A stretch of DNA of 64,000 nt. Source: a virus. The DNA lies in the IMG/VR virus record IMGVR_UViG_3300004369_000001, positions 32,001-96,000 of that record; one strand, written 5' to 3'. Shown here in pieces: positions 26,260 to 35,861 of this stretch; positions within the stretch are counted from its first letter, which is position 1, and the number at the start of each line of letters is the position of its first letter. Under the pieces are notes generated by a model that did no database searches, was not told the DNA's origin, and saw nothing but the letters and a program-made list of their open reading frames with translations. Made by a program: the position numbers and the translations under genes.

Positions 26260-26893
26260 CAGGCATACCGTGGAAGTTGAAGTTTAATACAATTCTATAC
26301 TGCGATTGCACAGGATTAGATGATCCGTGGTATCTATTACCATCAAACAATACAAACTTGTTTGCCTCTGGTTTATGTCTCTCACATACAGTGTATTCTT
26401 GATTGAATGTATTGTATATTCGATCATTCAATTCTTTGGTTGGATCATCAACCTGATCAAATAACACTGTGTCACCATCAGCATCATGGAAATAGAATAG
26501 TCCTGTGTGATGCTTAGTCTCGTGATCTGTGTGTGGTGTGTTGTAATCTTTGACATGATGACTATTATGCAGCATCGCAAGTCTCAGTCGAAAGATATTA
26601 AAACTACAACCAAGTCTGTCTTGAATGTGATCTACAATGGGAATGAATAGATCATAATATTGTGATACTGGTTCACTGTCATGACACAGCACATGAGTCC
26701 AACCACATGATGTTTGATCGGTTGGACTCATCCCAAATAGATTTTGATCACCAAACTTATACTCATACCCACTGCCATATGTGACATCATTGGGCAGGAA
26801 ATACCAAGGGAATCCCCTGCTCGTCATCACATCATTCAGGCGATTCAGATACGCTTTGGGTAAAAGATTCGATAGACTTCTGGATACTGCCAT
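26237..26893 (-). CDS. 2OG-Fe(II) oxygenase
   Basis: TPHTDH, DGDTVLF, FDGNRYHGSSNP, RIVLNFN. Confidence 0.88.
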   Translation of the reverse strand: MAVSRSLSNLLPKAYLNRLNDVMTSRGFPWYFLPNDVTYGSGYEYKFGDQNLFGMSPTDQTSCGWTHVLCHDSEPVSQYYDLFIPIVDHIQDRLGCSFNIFRLRLAMLHNSHHVKDYNTPHTDHETKHHTGLFYFHDADGDTVLFDQVDDPTKELNDRIYNTFNQEYTVCERHKPEANKFVLFDGNRYHGSSNPVQSQYRIVLNFNFHGMPDDVIIAD

Positions 26894-27512
26894 AGTTAAT
26901 ATGTGTTGAATACAACGTCACATTGAAAGAGTAAGAGATTCTCTCCTCACTGCCTTTATTTGTCTCTACTTTGTGCAGTGTGTCTGCTGGGAAGATAAAC
27001 AACTGATCAGGTTCGGGATCATATGCTGCTATCTCATTGTTTAATGGATTGGTGCCATGCACATAGTTATATGCTGTGCCCCAAGACTTAAACTTATGCA
27101 ACTCATCAAATGGTCGGAGAAATGTGATACCACCAGACTTTGGGGGCACCTTAGCATAATAAACACCAGCAAACATTGCACCAGGATGTGAGTGGCAATG
27201 ATTGAGATCTCCAGGTCCATTGATATTCAACCAACCATTAGTGATCAGCATGGCAAAATCTTTGAATCCAAGATCCTGACATGCTACATCCACTGCACTA
27301 TAGATTACCTCAGATAATCCCTTCCATGGTTCTATGGTGTGAATCATTTCACTTCCCCAATCATTTGATTGGTATCCACCTTCATTTGATGCTTGTCTAC
27401 CAGACATTGCACCACGATGGTCAATAGCAAAGTCAACGAATTGTTGGGTGTCTAGTCCACAATCCTTCTGGTGCCAGATACCTCTGGGAAACCAGTAATC
27501 ACATTTCAACAT
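26832..27512 (-). CDS. 2OG-Fe(II) oxygenase (TIGR02466-like)
   Basis: SNEGGYQS, WLNIN..HSHPG..GVYY, FPADTLHKV, RISYSFN. Confidence 0.9.
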   Translation of the reverse strand: MLKCDYWFPRGIWHQKDCGLDTQQFVDFAIDHRGAMSGRQASNEGGYQSNDWGSEMIHTIEPWKGLSEVIYSAVDVACQDLGFKDFAMLITNGWLNINGPGDLNHCHSHPGAMFAGVYYAKVPPKSGGITFLRPFDELHKFKSWGTAYNYVHGTNPLNNEIAAYDPEPDQLFIFPADTLHKVETNKGSEERISYSFNVTLYSTHINYGSIQKSIESFTQSVSESPE

Positions 27513-27514
27513 AA

Positions 27515-27886
27515 TTATTCAGCGAAAGTAAACTCTTTGTCGGTTACACTGGGATCCACATGGACACTATACAGATACAATGCTTCGATAGCACCCTGCA
27601 GTTTATTCAACTTATCTTTCTTCTCTTGCATACCCTCAAGGGACACACGAGTTACTGTAGATGAATAGGAAAGGTTATCCAATGCCTCAGTGAGTTTCTT
27701 ATACTCAGCGATAGTCTCTTCATACTGAGAAATAAGATCTGCTACCAGTTGATCATATGTCAACCTCACAGGATTGCCATTCTCATCACAGAAGATACCT
27801 AATCTCTCTTCTTTGCTGACACCTGCCAAATCATTGATGTCTACATTCTCAACTTCAGGCAGATTACTAAACGTTTGTGCTTCCAT
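27515..27886 (-). CDS. Hypothetical coiled-coil protein
   Basis: ORF track; coupled within the operon. Confidence 0.7.
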   Translation of the reverse strand: MEAQTFSNLPEVENVDINDLAGVSKEERLGIFCDENGNPVRLTYDQLVADLISQYEETIAEYKKLTEALDNLSYSSTVTRVSLEGMQEKKDKLNKLQGAIEALYLYSVHVDPSVTDKEFTFAE

Positions 27887-28737
27887 TAGTTAAACCTCTC
27901 TAGATTCTTATTTAGTGAGTTGATCTTGGCATGGTCTTTAATACGCTCATCCAAGGTTGTGTTTTCGATGAATGATTTAGTCTTCAAATAATCCATCATC
28001 TGCTCGCATTTGTAGTCATGCTCATTAGCAGTCTCTACAACAATTTGAAACTCACTAGAGTCCAACCATTTGCGAGGAATAGGGATCCATTGGCACAATG
28101 GTGTGCCTGCTTTTACAATGTGATCACCCTCCATAGCGTGCCAGAAGAGTTGCACATTGATTTCATATGAATACTGTGGATCCACTATACCATAAGGAGC
28201 ACTAAATCGCATGTCTTCATGATATGCAACTGGAATCTGCAAGATAACAATATCAGGGTGTGCTTGCACTCTCCAGGGTGTCTCCAACTTCACAACTTGA
28301 CCGAGGGTTGGCATACCTTTGTTGACAAGATCTCTCATCCCATCAGTCTGTCTCTCAATGTGTGACGTGACATACTTACCACCAACAAATAATTGTCTGG
28401 TGACCCACTGGAATGTGCCATCCTCTTTAGGACGAATAGCAAAATCTGCTGGGGCAGGGAGTATCCAACCACTGTCCATGATTGCAGTCAATGCAGGGCA
28501 AGTTGCGGCATGTTCTTTGATGCCATTGTCCTGCATCTTGAGGTTGTCGAATGTTTCTCTGAGTGCCATCACTGGGCACTCACTACGCTTCTTTGCCTGA
28601 TCTTTGACTACATCAACTCTCCACTTTCTCTTGAGTTTCTTAGAAGGATACAGAGGGAAAAACTCTGCAACACCAGCGTCCATAGAATAGAATCTAATCC
28701 ATGGTTTCTGAAACTTTGCTTTAATCTTTTTCCACAT
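27886..28737 (-). CDS. dUTPase-fold-like protein of unknown function
   Basis: TCPAL..GWILPAPAD..KLETPW..GIVD..VKAGTPLCQWIP pattern; lacks the canonical dUTPase RSG motif. Confidence 0.5.
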   Translation of the reverse strand: MWKKIKAKFQKPWIRFYSMDAGVAEFFPLYPSKKLKRKWRVDVVKDQAKKRSECPVMALRETFDNLKMQDNGIKEHAATCPALTAIMDSGWILPAPADFAIRPKEDGTFQWVTRQLFVGGKYVTSHIERQTDGMRDLVNKGMPTLGQVVKLETPWRVQAHPDIVILQIPVAYHEDMRFSAPYGIVDPQYSYEINVQLFWHAMEGDHIVKAGTPLCQWIPIPRKWLDSSEFQIVVETANEHDYKCEQMMDYLKTKSFIENTTLDERIKDHAKINSLNKNLERFN

Positions 28738-30349
28738 AAATGTAGTCCCTCAAGTATTCGTAGTGTGTTGGAAGTTGTCTGACTGCATTATATATTGCCT
28801 TGCGATCCTCTTGCCATTGTTTGTGGTAATCATTGATTGTTGACTTCCTGACAGGATACAAGTGGTGTGCCTCATAAACATTAAACTCGTTGATTGGCGA
28901 GAAATCCTGACCAGCAGCGATGTAGATTAGACCAGCAAACTTATCTTCACTCCAGAAGTTTTTCCTGAGTCCATCAAACAACTGATAGTATTCCAACCTA
29001 GATTGTAGCATACTATGCCAAGTAAGGGGATCTTCCTTAATCTGGAAGAGATCATTCTTACCTGCAAAGTCTACATTTGCACAGTCTCTCCAGTATTTCG
29101 TATCATCACGACCTGTGAGGACATAATGCATCGTAATGAAATTCTTCATGGACTCGATAGCATTATCCACAGTGTAGTTGTATGAATCAACATCAATACG
29201 AGTGACCTGATTGCGTCTCATGAGAGTATCAATCAGATAAAGGATATTCTCATGAGTTGTCATCAAACCAGTAGATTCCAGTGGTTCTAAGAATCCATAT
29301 GCAAGACCGATACCAACAACATTTTGCACCCACGCCTTCTTACGCTTACCATGTCTGATGTTGATCAGTTTATATTGGGCAGCATCGGCAACCTTTGGAC
29401 TATACCTCTTCGCAATATATTCAACAAACTCTTCATAAGCAATGTCTGGGTCAATATACTTCTTGCTGAATACATATCCAGTGCCAACTCTATCCCACAG
29501 TGGGATATTCCACACCCAACCACTAGACAATCCAACACAGTCAGTATAGAGATCCATCTGATTCTCTCTGTCTGTATAGTCAACACGAGCAGCAAATGCT
29601 GTGTCATTAAACAGCACATCATTAAATGATACAAACTCAGATCCCATGATGCCTTCAAGCACCACAGATTTGAATCCTGTGCAGTCGATGAAGAGATCTG
29701 CCTTTACAACTTGAGCAGCACCTGTGCCATCATCAACAATCACAGATGAAAGTCTGCCGTCAGGTGTCTTCACACCACCAGACACAGTGCCATATACTCT
29801 GGTGATTGCATCTTTGCAATATTCTTTGTCTAGATACTCACCAAACTTCTCAGAGTCCATGTGATATGCAGTATCTTCAGAGAATCTCCAAGATGGATGC
29901 TCATTGCACACATAATCGGAAGTAATCCGATTTTCCTCTGCCATAATGGTATTTGGATTGAAGAATCTAGCAAACTCTTCAGGTGGATAGTGTTGAGGGA
30001 ATCTTGCCCTCAACTCAAAGAATGTCATGTAATCACTTCTATAATCAGAGTGATCAATTCTTCCGAATGGATACTGAAAACGCTCACCCTCTCCATCTCT
30101 GAAGTTTTGGAAAGCAATAGATGACTTGTAGGTTGCACTACAATATGGCATCCAATCTCTATCACTCAGACCCAGAAATCTGAAGAATCTGTTGATATGT
30201 CCAAGGGTAGATTCACCAACACCAATGATATTCCTATCTTTAGGTTCGATGATAGTAATATCTTTCTCAGGAAATGCACGCAGCAGGGCAGCAGCAGTCA
30301 TCCATCCCGAAGATCCCCCACCAACAACACAGAATGAATCAATTCGCAT
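28721..30349 (-). CDS. Flavin-dependent (tryptophan) halogenase, PrnA family
   Basis: GGGSSG, catalytic Lys in ATYK, GWVWNIP, FLEPLESTG. Confidence 0.92.
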   Translation of the reverse strand: MRIDSFCVVGGGSSGWMTAAALLRAFPEKDITIIEPKDRNIIGVGESTLGHINRFFRFLGLSDRDWMPYCSATYKSSIAFQNFRDGEGERFQYPFGRIDHSDYRSDYMTFFELRARFPQHYPPEEFARFFNPNTIMAEENRITSDYVCNEHPSWRFSEDTAYHMDSEKFGEYLDKEYCKDAITRVYGTVSGGVKTPDGRLSSVIVDDGTGAAQVVKADLFIDCTGFKSVVLEGIMGSEFVSFNDVLFNDTAFAARVDYTDRENQMDLYTDCVGLSSGWVWNIPLWDRVGTGYVFSKKYIDPDIAYEEFVEYIAKRYSPKVADAAQYKLINIRHGKRKKAWVQNVVGIGLAYGFLEPLESTGLMTTHENILYLIDTLMRRNQVTRIDVDSYNYTVDNAIESMKNFITMHYVLTGRDDTKYWRDCANVDFAGKNDLFQIKEDPLTWHSMLQSRLEYYQLFDGLRKNFWSEDKFAGLIYIAAGQDFSPINEFNVYEAHHLYPVRKSTINDYHKQWQEDRKAIYNAVRQLPTHYEYLRDYIYVEKD

Positions 30350-31850
30350 ACAATGTCCTCAAGTAATAATGATACGGCACTTCACAATATCTATCCAAAT
30401 CCCAATGGTCGTAATTCCAACTAGGACTCCAACTATTCAAGTGTGAACCTTCTGGAATTGGACCATAAAACATAATTTCTTTTTCAATTACTTCATTGAA
30501 TGGATTCCATCCATGTCCCGCCATAACAGACATCAGTGAGTCACCAGTAAATCCATTGTTGAAGTTTAATTTACCAGAAAAGTTGAAAGACTCCTCCTGA
30601 AGAAGGACAGAAGCAGACTCAAGCATACCTTGCTGAGGATATTTAATGTTGGATACTGCTTGCCAATAACGTGTATCATTGCGTTGTGTCATACTATAAT
30701 GCAATGCAACGAAAGATGCAAATCCATCAAATGCAAAGTTGACTTGTTTGTTGAATGTGTCACGCATATATTGTGTGACAACATCTCTACCCTGTATCTG
30801 TCGGACAAATCTGAGCAAAAACTCATGCACAGATAGTAATCCATTTGACTCTAGTGGTTCTATAAAACCAGCAGACAATCCGATGGACAAAACATTATTC
30901 CACCAGATTTCTTTCTTTCGTCCAACTTTGAATTTAAGGTTTCTAAGCAGGACCAATTCGTCATGCTCATCACCGAGGTGTTGTTGAAACTCTTCACGAG
31001 CATCATCGTCTGAAATGTATTTGTCCGAATAAACATAACCTGTCCCGATTCTACTCCAAGTTGGCACTCTCCACACCCATCCAGAGGATAGTGCTGTGCA
31101 TTGAGTATACGGCACCATCTCAGATGCCTTGTCTTTGTATTGCAAACGTGTCACCCATGCAGAGTTATTGGGTAACCAGTCGGAGTAATCTACCCACTCA
31201 GATTGACTCAAAAGAGATTTGAATCCTGTGCAATCAATGTATAAATCACCATCATCATATCGTTTGCTGCCAATCATCAGGGACTGCACATACTTGTCCT
31301 CACCATACACAACACCATTTACATCAGCAAGTATGTGAGTGACTTTATCTTTGCAGTAATGATCTCTCAGATAATGAGCAAATTTGACAGCATCAAAATG
31401 AAACCCAGTGTTGTGCCTGAGTGAAAAATATGGGGCATTTATGGGCAGAATTGATCTTTCGGCACATTCTGCCGCCACGAAATAATCCCTGGCAAACTTA
31501 TCATTCTTCCACCCTTTCTTGTATGCATTCCAAAACCATACGTCTGGTGCTGGTGCATCATATCTGGGGGATCCAAAAGGATACTGCCAAGGATCATCCT
31601 TATCTTTGTGGAAGTTAGAAAACCTGACGCTAATCTTATACGTTGCGTCACAATGAGGCATCCAGTCCTCATCTGTGAGACCAAGATAGTGTATCCATGG
31701 TCTAAAATACTGAGTCGTAGACTCACCTACACCAACTGAAGGCACGTTGGGGGACTCTACGACTACAATATCAGATTGTGGAAATGCTTTCACCAGTGTG
31801 GCAGCAGTCATCCAACCAGATGATCCACCACCAATAATATAAAATTTCAT
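30339..31850 (-). CDS. Flavin-dependent (tryptophan) halogenase, PrnA family
   Basis: GGGSSG, ATYK, GWVWRVP, FIEPLESNG. Confidence 0.92.
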   Translation of the reverse strand: MKFYIIGGGSSGWMTAATLVKAFPQSDIVVVESPNVPSVGVGESTTQYFRPWIHYLGLTDEDWMPHCDATYKISVRFSNFHKDKDDPWQYPFGSPRYDAPAPDVWFWNAYKKGWKNDKFARDYFVAAECAERSILPINAPYFSLRHNTGFHFDAVKFAHYLRDHYCKDKVTHILADVNGVVYGEDKYVQSLMIGSKRYDDGDLYIDCTGFKSLLSQSEWVDYSDWLPNNSAWVTRLQYKDKASEMVPYTQCTALSSGWVWRVPTWSRIGTGYVYSDKYISDDDAREEFQQHLGDEHDELVLLRNLKFKVGRKKEIWWNNVLSIGLSAGFIEPLESNGLLSVHEFLLRFVRQIQGRDVVTQYMRDTFNKQVNFAFDGFASFVALHYSMTQRNDTRYWQAVSNIKYPQQGMLESASVLLQEESFNFSGKLNFNNGFTGDSLMSVMAGHGWNPFNEVIEKEIMFYGPIPEGSHLNSWSPSWNYDHWDLDRYCEVPYHYYLRTLYAN

Positions 31851-31853
31851 AGA

Positions 31854-32261
31854 TTATTCAGGAAATGGTTCCCATGCTTTACGACCAGGGACTTGGACTT
31901 TGCGAATGTCCTCTACATACTCGGGAGCAGTAGATGGAGCAGGAGTTGTTGCTTTGACGTTTGTTATATGATCTCTGAAGCGAGTGCCACCATCGAGTTG
32001 ATCCTTAAAGATCATATCGAGTTGCTCACCCATACTACCATAAGCAATCATTCTTTGCACAGTAAGTGCTGCCTGTTGATCCTCCAATTCGTCCCTATCA
32101 TACACCACACCATTGATCATAACAGACTGGTTAGTAGTGTCATCAGGGACATCACACCATTTCATGTTGGCGTCAGCACCTTCATAAATTTGAAATTCAT
32201 CACCTGCGTCGCAGATGTCGGTGATAATACCAGAATCACCTTGTACAATTGCTCTTTTCAT
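31854..32261 (-). CDS. Putative tail fibre assembly chaperone
   Basis: RMIAYGSMGEQLDMIFKD..FRDHITNVK resembles C-termini of fibre-associated chaperones; follows the fibre genes. Confidence 0.5.
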   Translation of the reverse strand: MKRAIVQGDSGIITDICDAGDEFQIYEGADANMKWCDVPDDTTNQSVMINGVVYDRDELEDQQAALTVQRMIAYGSMGEQLDMIFKDQLDGGTRFRDHITNVKATTPAPSTAPEYVEDIRKVQVPGRKAWEPFPE

Positions 32262-32286
32262 TGGGAAACAATAACTCCTTCGTTGT

Positions 32287-32294
32287 TATTTATC
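32287..32294 (-). promoter_or_regulatory. Late promoter (GATAAATA)
   Basis: ATAAATA core upstream of the chaperone-halogenase-oxygenase run. Confidence 0.55.
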
Positions 32295-33102
32295 AACCAT
32301 AATACTCATGGACCACAACAACACCTTGGCGACCAGAGGCACCTCTATCGCTGTGCTGAGATCCATTGCCACCTGCACCCCATGCCGAGTGACCTTCGTG
32401 TCTATGTGAATAATTACCTTGTCTATGTGAGGACGGTTGAGATCCTCCATAATAAGATCTACCGCCAGAGTGGTTGCCATAGGAGTGGTGAGATCCGTGA
32501 CCATTGCCACCACCACCGTGGACATTCAGGTTTCCACCTGATCCATTACCACCATAACCTCCAGAGTGCTGTTGGGAGCAGTTAGCGCCAACACCACCAG
32601 AGGCAGACAGATAACCACCAAAACTAGATGCGTTGCCATTGCCACCACATCCTGAGTAGTTTGTGCCACCACCAGGATTACCCACAGTAACAGAAACGGA
32701 TGAGATGTTAGTAACATCTAAAACACGCTGAGACATACCACCAGCGCCACCAGATTCAGTATACCCAGATCCACCACCGCCAGCACCAACAACGGTGATC
32801 ATAATGGATTTAACATCTGAGGGTCTATTCCAGGTGCCATTACTTGTCCAGACCTGCATCGATCTGAATCCAGATGTGGAAGCAACATTACCCCAGGAAA
32901 GATTCGTGCCATTTGTCTGCAGGTATTTTCCTGCCTGACCACTCATACTTGGAATAATATACTTGGAAGTGCCAGTAATTGTGCCGTTAATGGTCAAGTC
33001 GCCACAGGTCAATGATGCCTCTGCGGTGATGCCACCAGTGGTTAATGTAAATCCAGAGATACCAGCGAGGTCTCTAACTTGGGTTACTCGTATAGTGCTC
33101 AT
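32293..33102 (-). CDS. Gly/His-rich fibre-like protein, paralog 3
   Basis: RSMQVWTSNGTW..VVGAGGGGSG..GHGSHHSYGNH..SHRHEGHSAWGAGG..GVVVVHEYYG. Confidence 0.75.
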   Translation of the reverse strand: MSTIRVTQVRDLAGISGFTLTTGGITAEASLTCGDLTINGTITGTSKYIIPSMSGQAGKYLQTNGTNLSWGNVASTSGFRSMQVWTSNGTWNRPSDVKSIMITVVGAGGGGSGYTESGGAGGMSQRVLDVTNISSVSVTVGNPGGGTNYSGCGGNGNASSFGGYLSASGGVGANCSQQHSGGYGGNGSGGNLNVHGGGGNGHGSHHSYGNHSGGRSYYGGSQPSSHRQGNYSHRHEGHSAWGAGGNGSQHSDRGASGRQGVVVVHEYYG

Positions 33103-34688
33103 CTAAAATACAACTCCACCCTTGCAGATCTATTTATTCCACTGCGGTTTTGGCAGCAATTGATTCTATCACCAGCACTGTAGTTACCGAAGTTACTACT
33201 CATACCAATACCACCTGACACGTCGTCAGAGTTCATGTCTGCTTCAGGATAACCACCACTGCCACCACCGTTTTCATTCCATCCAAATCCCCAACGTGTG
33301 CGTGCCCACCCACCATTGTTTCTATAGTTGAAACCATAGAATCTAACGTGCGATTGACCAGAGAAGTTACTGATACCACAGAATTCATTGGCATTAGTCT
33401 TGTAGAATCTATCAACCTGATTCCAGAAGTTGATGGGATAGATTCTACCACCACGTCCATATCCTGTGTTGAAGTCAGTCTCAAACCATGTCCAACCACG
33501 ATTACTACTAGGGACGCAACCTCCGCTGCCAATATCAGGCCAAATCGCCATAATGTCCTTGGCAGCGAATCTATTCATGACCTCAAATTTGGCATCACCA
33601 TCATTGGTATTGTACTGATTTTCGTTGAGGACGTTATCAGTTGTCCAGTAATTTGCTCCCCATTGGAATGTGGTGCCTCTGGTCGCTTTCATACCCATCA
33701 TCCAACCACCACCCAACCAGCGATCATCCATCAAGCAATAGATTTGTCTGGTGCGACCACCATCCAGGGCGATCCAGTAAACACCATCAGATGCACCAGG
33801 ATTTCTTCTCTTAATTTCTTGAGCAGAAGTGGCAGCAGTTGCTTGAGTTGTGCCGTAAGTGGTATCAGCAGCAGATGGTCTACCATAAAACTCATGGACC
33901 ACAACAACACCTTGGCGACCAGAGGCACCACGGTTACTATGCTGAGATCCGTTACCACCAGCACCCCATGCCGAGTGACCTTCATGTCTGTGGGAGTAAT
34001 TACTGTTGCTGTGGGATGACGGTTGACTTCCCCCGTAGTAACTTGCGCCACCAGCGTGGTTTCCATAACTGTGGTGGGAACCATGTGCATTCCCGCCTCC
34101 ACCGTAGACGTTTAGTGTACCACCAATACCTTCTCCCCCTAATCCACCTTCGTGTTGCTGAATACAATTAGATCCGCCTCCACCAGCGCCACTACAATAG
34201 GATCCGAAAGATGACGTGTTACCGTTACCACCACACCCAGCATAATTATTGCCACCACCAGGATTACCAACAGTAACACTAACTGAAGTAACATTGGAGA
34301 CATCAATAACTCTTTGTGCCATTCCACCAGCACCACCTGATTCACAGTATCCTGATCCACCACCGCCAGCGCCAACAACTGTGACCATGATTGACGTGCA
34401 ATCGTTAGGTCTATTCCAGGTGCCATTACTTGTCCAGACCTGCATCGATCTAATACCAGACACACCTGCCTGATCGACCCACGCCATCGATGTGCCATCT
34501 GTTTGAAGAAGTCTTCCTGCATTACCACCCTGTTTGGGGATAATGTGATTGGACTCTCCGATAATAGCACCATTCAGGATAAGGTTACCAACCACAAGAG
34601 GCAGCGTTGCAGTGATGCCACCGTTAGAAAGTTGGAAACCACCTGTATCGGTGAGGTCGCTAATTGAAGATACTTTGAGTAGACTCAT
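33099..34688 (-). CDS. Gly/His-rich fibre-like protein, paralog 2, with C-terminal fibrinogen/intelectin-like domain
   Basis: Same Gly-rich domain, then SAQEIK..DGVYWI..QIYCLMD..GGGWMM. Confidence 0.75.
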   Translation of the reverse strand: MSLLKVSSISDLTDTGGFQLSNGGITATLPLVVGNLILNGAIIGESNHIIPKQGGNAGRLLQTDGTSMAWVDQAGVSGIRSMQVWTSNGTWNRPNDCTSIMVTVVGAGGGGSGYCESGGAGGMAQRVIDVSNVTSVSVTVGNPGGGNNYAGCGGNGNTSSFGSYCSGAGGGGSNCIQQHEGGLGGEGIGGTLNVYGGGGNAHGSHHSYGNHAGGASYYGGSQPSSHSNSNYSHRHEGHSAWGAGGNGSQHSNRGASGRQGVVVVHEFYGRPSAADTTYGTTQATAATSAQEIKRRNPGASDGVYWIALDGGRTRQIYCLMDDRWLGGGWMMGMKATRGTTFQWGANYWTTDNVLNENQYNTNDGDAKFEVMNRFAAKDIMAIWPDIGSGGCVPSSNRGWTWFETDFNTGYGRGGRIYPINFWNQVDRFYKTNANEFCGISNFSGQSHVRFYGFNYRNNGGWARTRWGFGWNENGGGSGGYPEADMNSDDVSGGIGMSSNFGNYSAGDRINCCQNRSGINRSARVELYFR

Positions 34689-34708
34689 GGTGTTTCAGAT
34701 CCTAGATT

Positions 34709-34716
34709 TATTTATT
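34709..34716 (-). promoter_or_regulatory. Late promoter (AATAAATA)
   Basis: ATAAATA core 20 nt upstream of the ATG at 34688. Confidence 0.55.
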
Positions 34717-35524
34717 AACCCCAGTATTCGTGGATAACCACGATACCTTCACGACCTCTAGCGCCTCTATTACTATGGCGAGATCCGTTACCACCAGCAC
34801 CCCAAGCAGCGTGCAATTCATGTCTGTGTGACCAGTTAACTTGGTTGTGACCTGCGGGTTGTCCACCACCATAATAACTAACGCCAGAAGCATAGTTACC
34901 ATAACTATGGTGCGATCCGTGACCATTACCACCGCCACCATGGACATTTAGAGATCCACCAGATCCATTGCCACCGTAACCTCCAGCGTGCTGCTGAGAG
35001 CAGTTAGCACCAACACCACCAGAGGCACTGCAATAAGATCCAAAAGAGGAAGTGTTTCCGTTACCACCACAACCAGAATAGTTGTTACCACCACCAGGAG
35101 AACCAACAGTAACGGAAACAGATGCGATGTTAGTAACATCAACCTGTCGTTGGGACATGCCGCCAGCACCGCCTGCTTCGCAGTAACCTGACCCACCCCC
35201 ACCTGCGCCAACACATGTGACCATGATGTTTTTACATCCAAATGGTCTAGTCCATGTGCCATTAGCAGTAAATACCTGCATTGATCGGATTCCTGCTCTG
35301 GTGCTCAATGGTGACCAGACAGGATTAGTGCCATCGGTGCTTAAAAATGCACCACCTTGACCTGCTTGAGGTGGCACAATATAAGAAGATGACCCAGTAA
35401 TAGTGCCATTGACAACTAGATCGTTAACGGTCAAAGTACCACTCACACTCACTGTGGAGTTACTAACTGTAAAACCTACAGATCCTGATGGGTCTTGAAT
35501 TTGATTAACTCTAAGTAGTGCCAT
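34715..35524 (-). CDS. Gly/His-rich fibre-like protein, paralog 1
   Basis: Same domain architecture as paralog 3 (both 269 aa). Confidence 0.75.
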   Translation of the reverse strand: MALLRVNQIQDPSGSVGFTVSNSTVSVSGTLTVNDLVVNGTITGSSSYIVPPQAGQGGAFLSTDGTNPVWSPLSTRAGIRSMQVFTANGTWTRPFGCKNIMVTCVGAGGGGSGYCEAGGAGGMSQRQVDVTNIASVSVTVGSPGGGNNYSGCGGNGNTSSFGSYCSASGGVGANCSQQHAGGYGGNGSGGSLNVHGGGGNGHGSHHSYGNYASGVSYYGGGQPAGHNQVNWSHRHELHAAWGAGGNGSRHSNRGARGREGIVVIHEYWG

Positions 35525-35525
35525 A

Positions 35526-35861
35526 TCAGTCTAAGTAAGGATCCAGTGCCTTGTAGAATGCTCCGTTAGTATTTAGCGTGCCATCTTTTATGTCTTGGAA
35601 GAGAGCATCCAACAGTGCAGTGTTGCTAGGTCTATTAGCAGAAGGAGTATATTCTAGGTCTTTGATTGCTTCCATGATAACTTCTGGAGAGTATGCTTCT
35701 CCATCGGAAAATCTGATATCAAAGATATTGCTATTCACCAAGACATAATCACGCCCAGGATATACCTTAGCGATTGCTTGTGTAATTACACCTTCATCAT
35801 CAGGTGTAACGTTTCCTGAGCGAAGACGCTCAAATAATTTTCTCCAAGTATTCTCGATCAC
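35526..35861 (-). CDS. Hypothetical protein (XkdW-like fibre accessory?)
   Basis: ITQAIAKVYPGRDYVL..LDALFQDIKDG; lies between fibre genes. Confidence 0.5.
   Translation of the reverse strand: MIENTWRKLFERLRSGNVTPDDEGVITQAIAKVYPGRDYVLVNSNIFDIRFSDGEAYSPEVIMEAIKDLEYTPSANRPSNTALLDALFQDIKDGTLNTNGAFYKALDPYLD

Noticed and set aside
28728-28736. Isolated TTTTCCACA
   Set aside because: Explained by the ATG TGG AAA AAG start of a CDS; single copy.
32293-35524. Diversity-generating retroelement TR/VR pair
   Set aside because: No reverse transcriptase in the window; all copies are intact coding paralogues and the differences are not adenine-specific.
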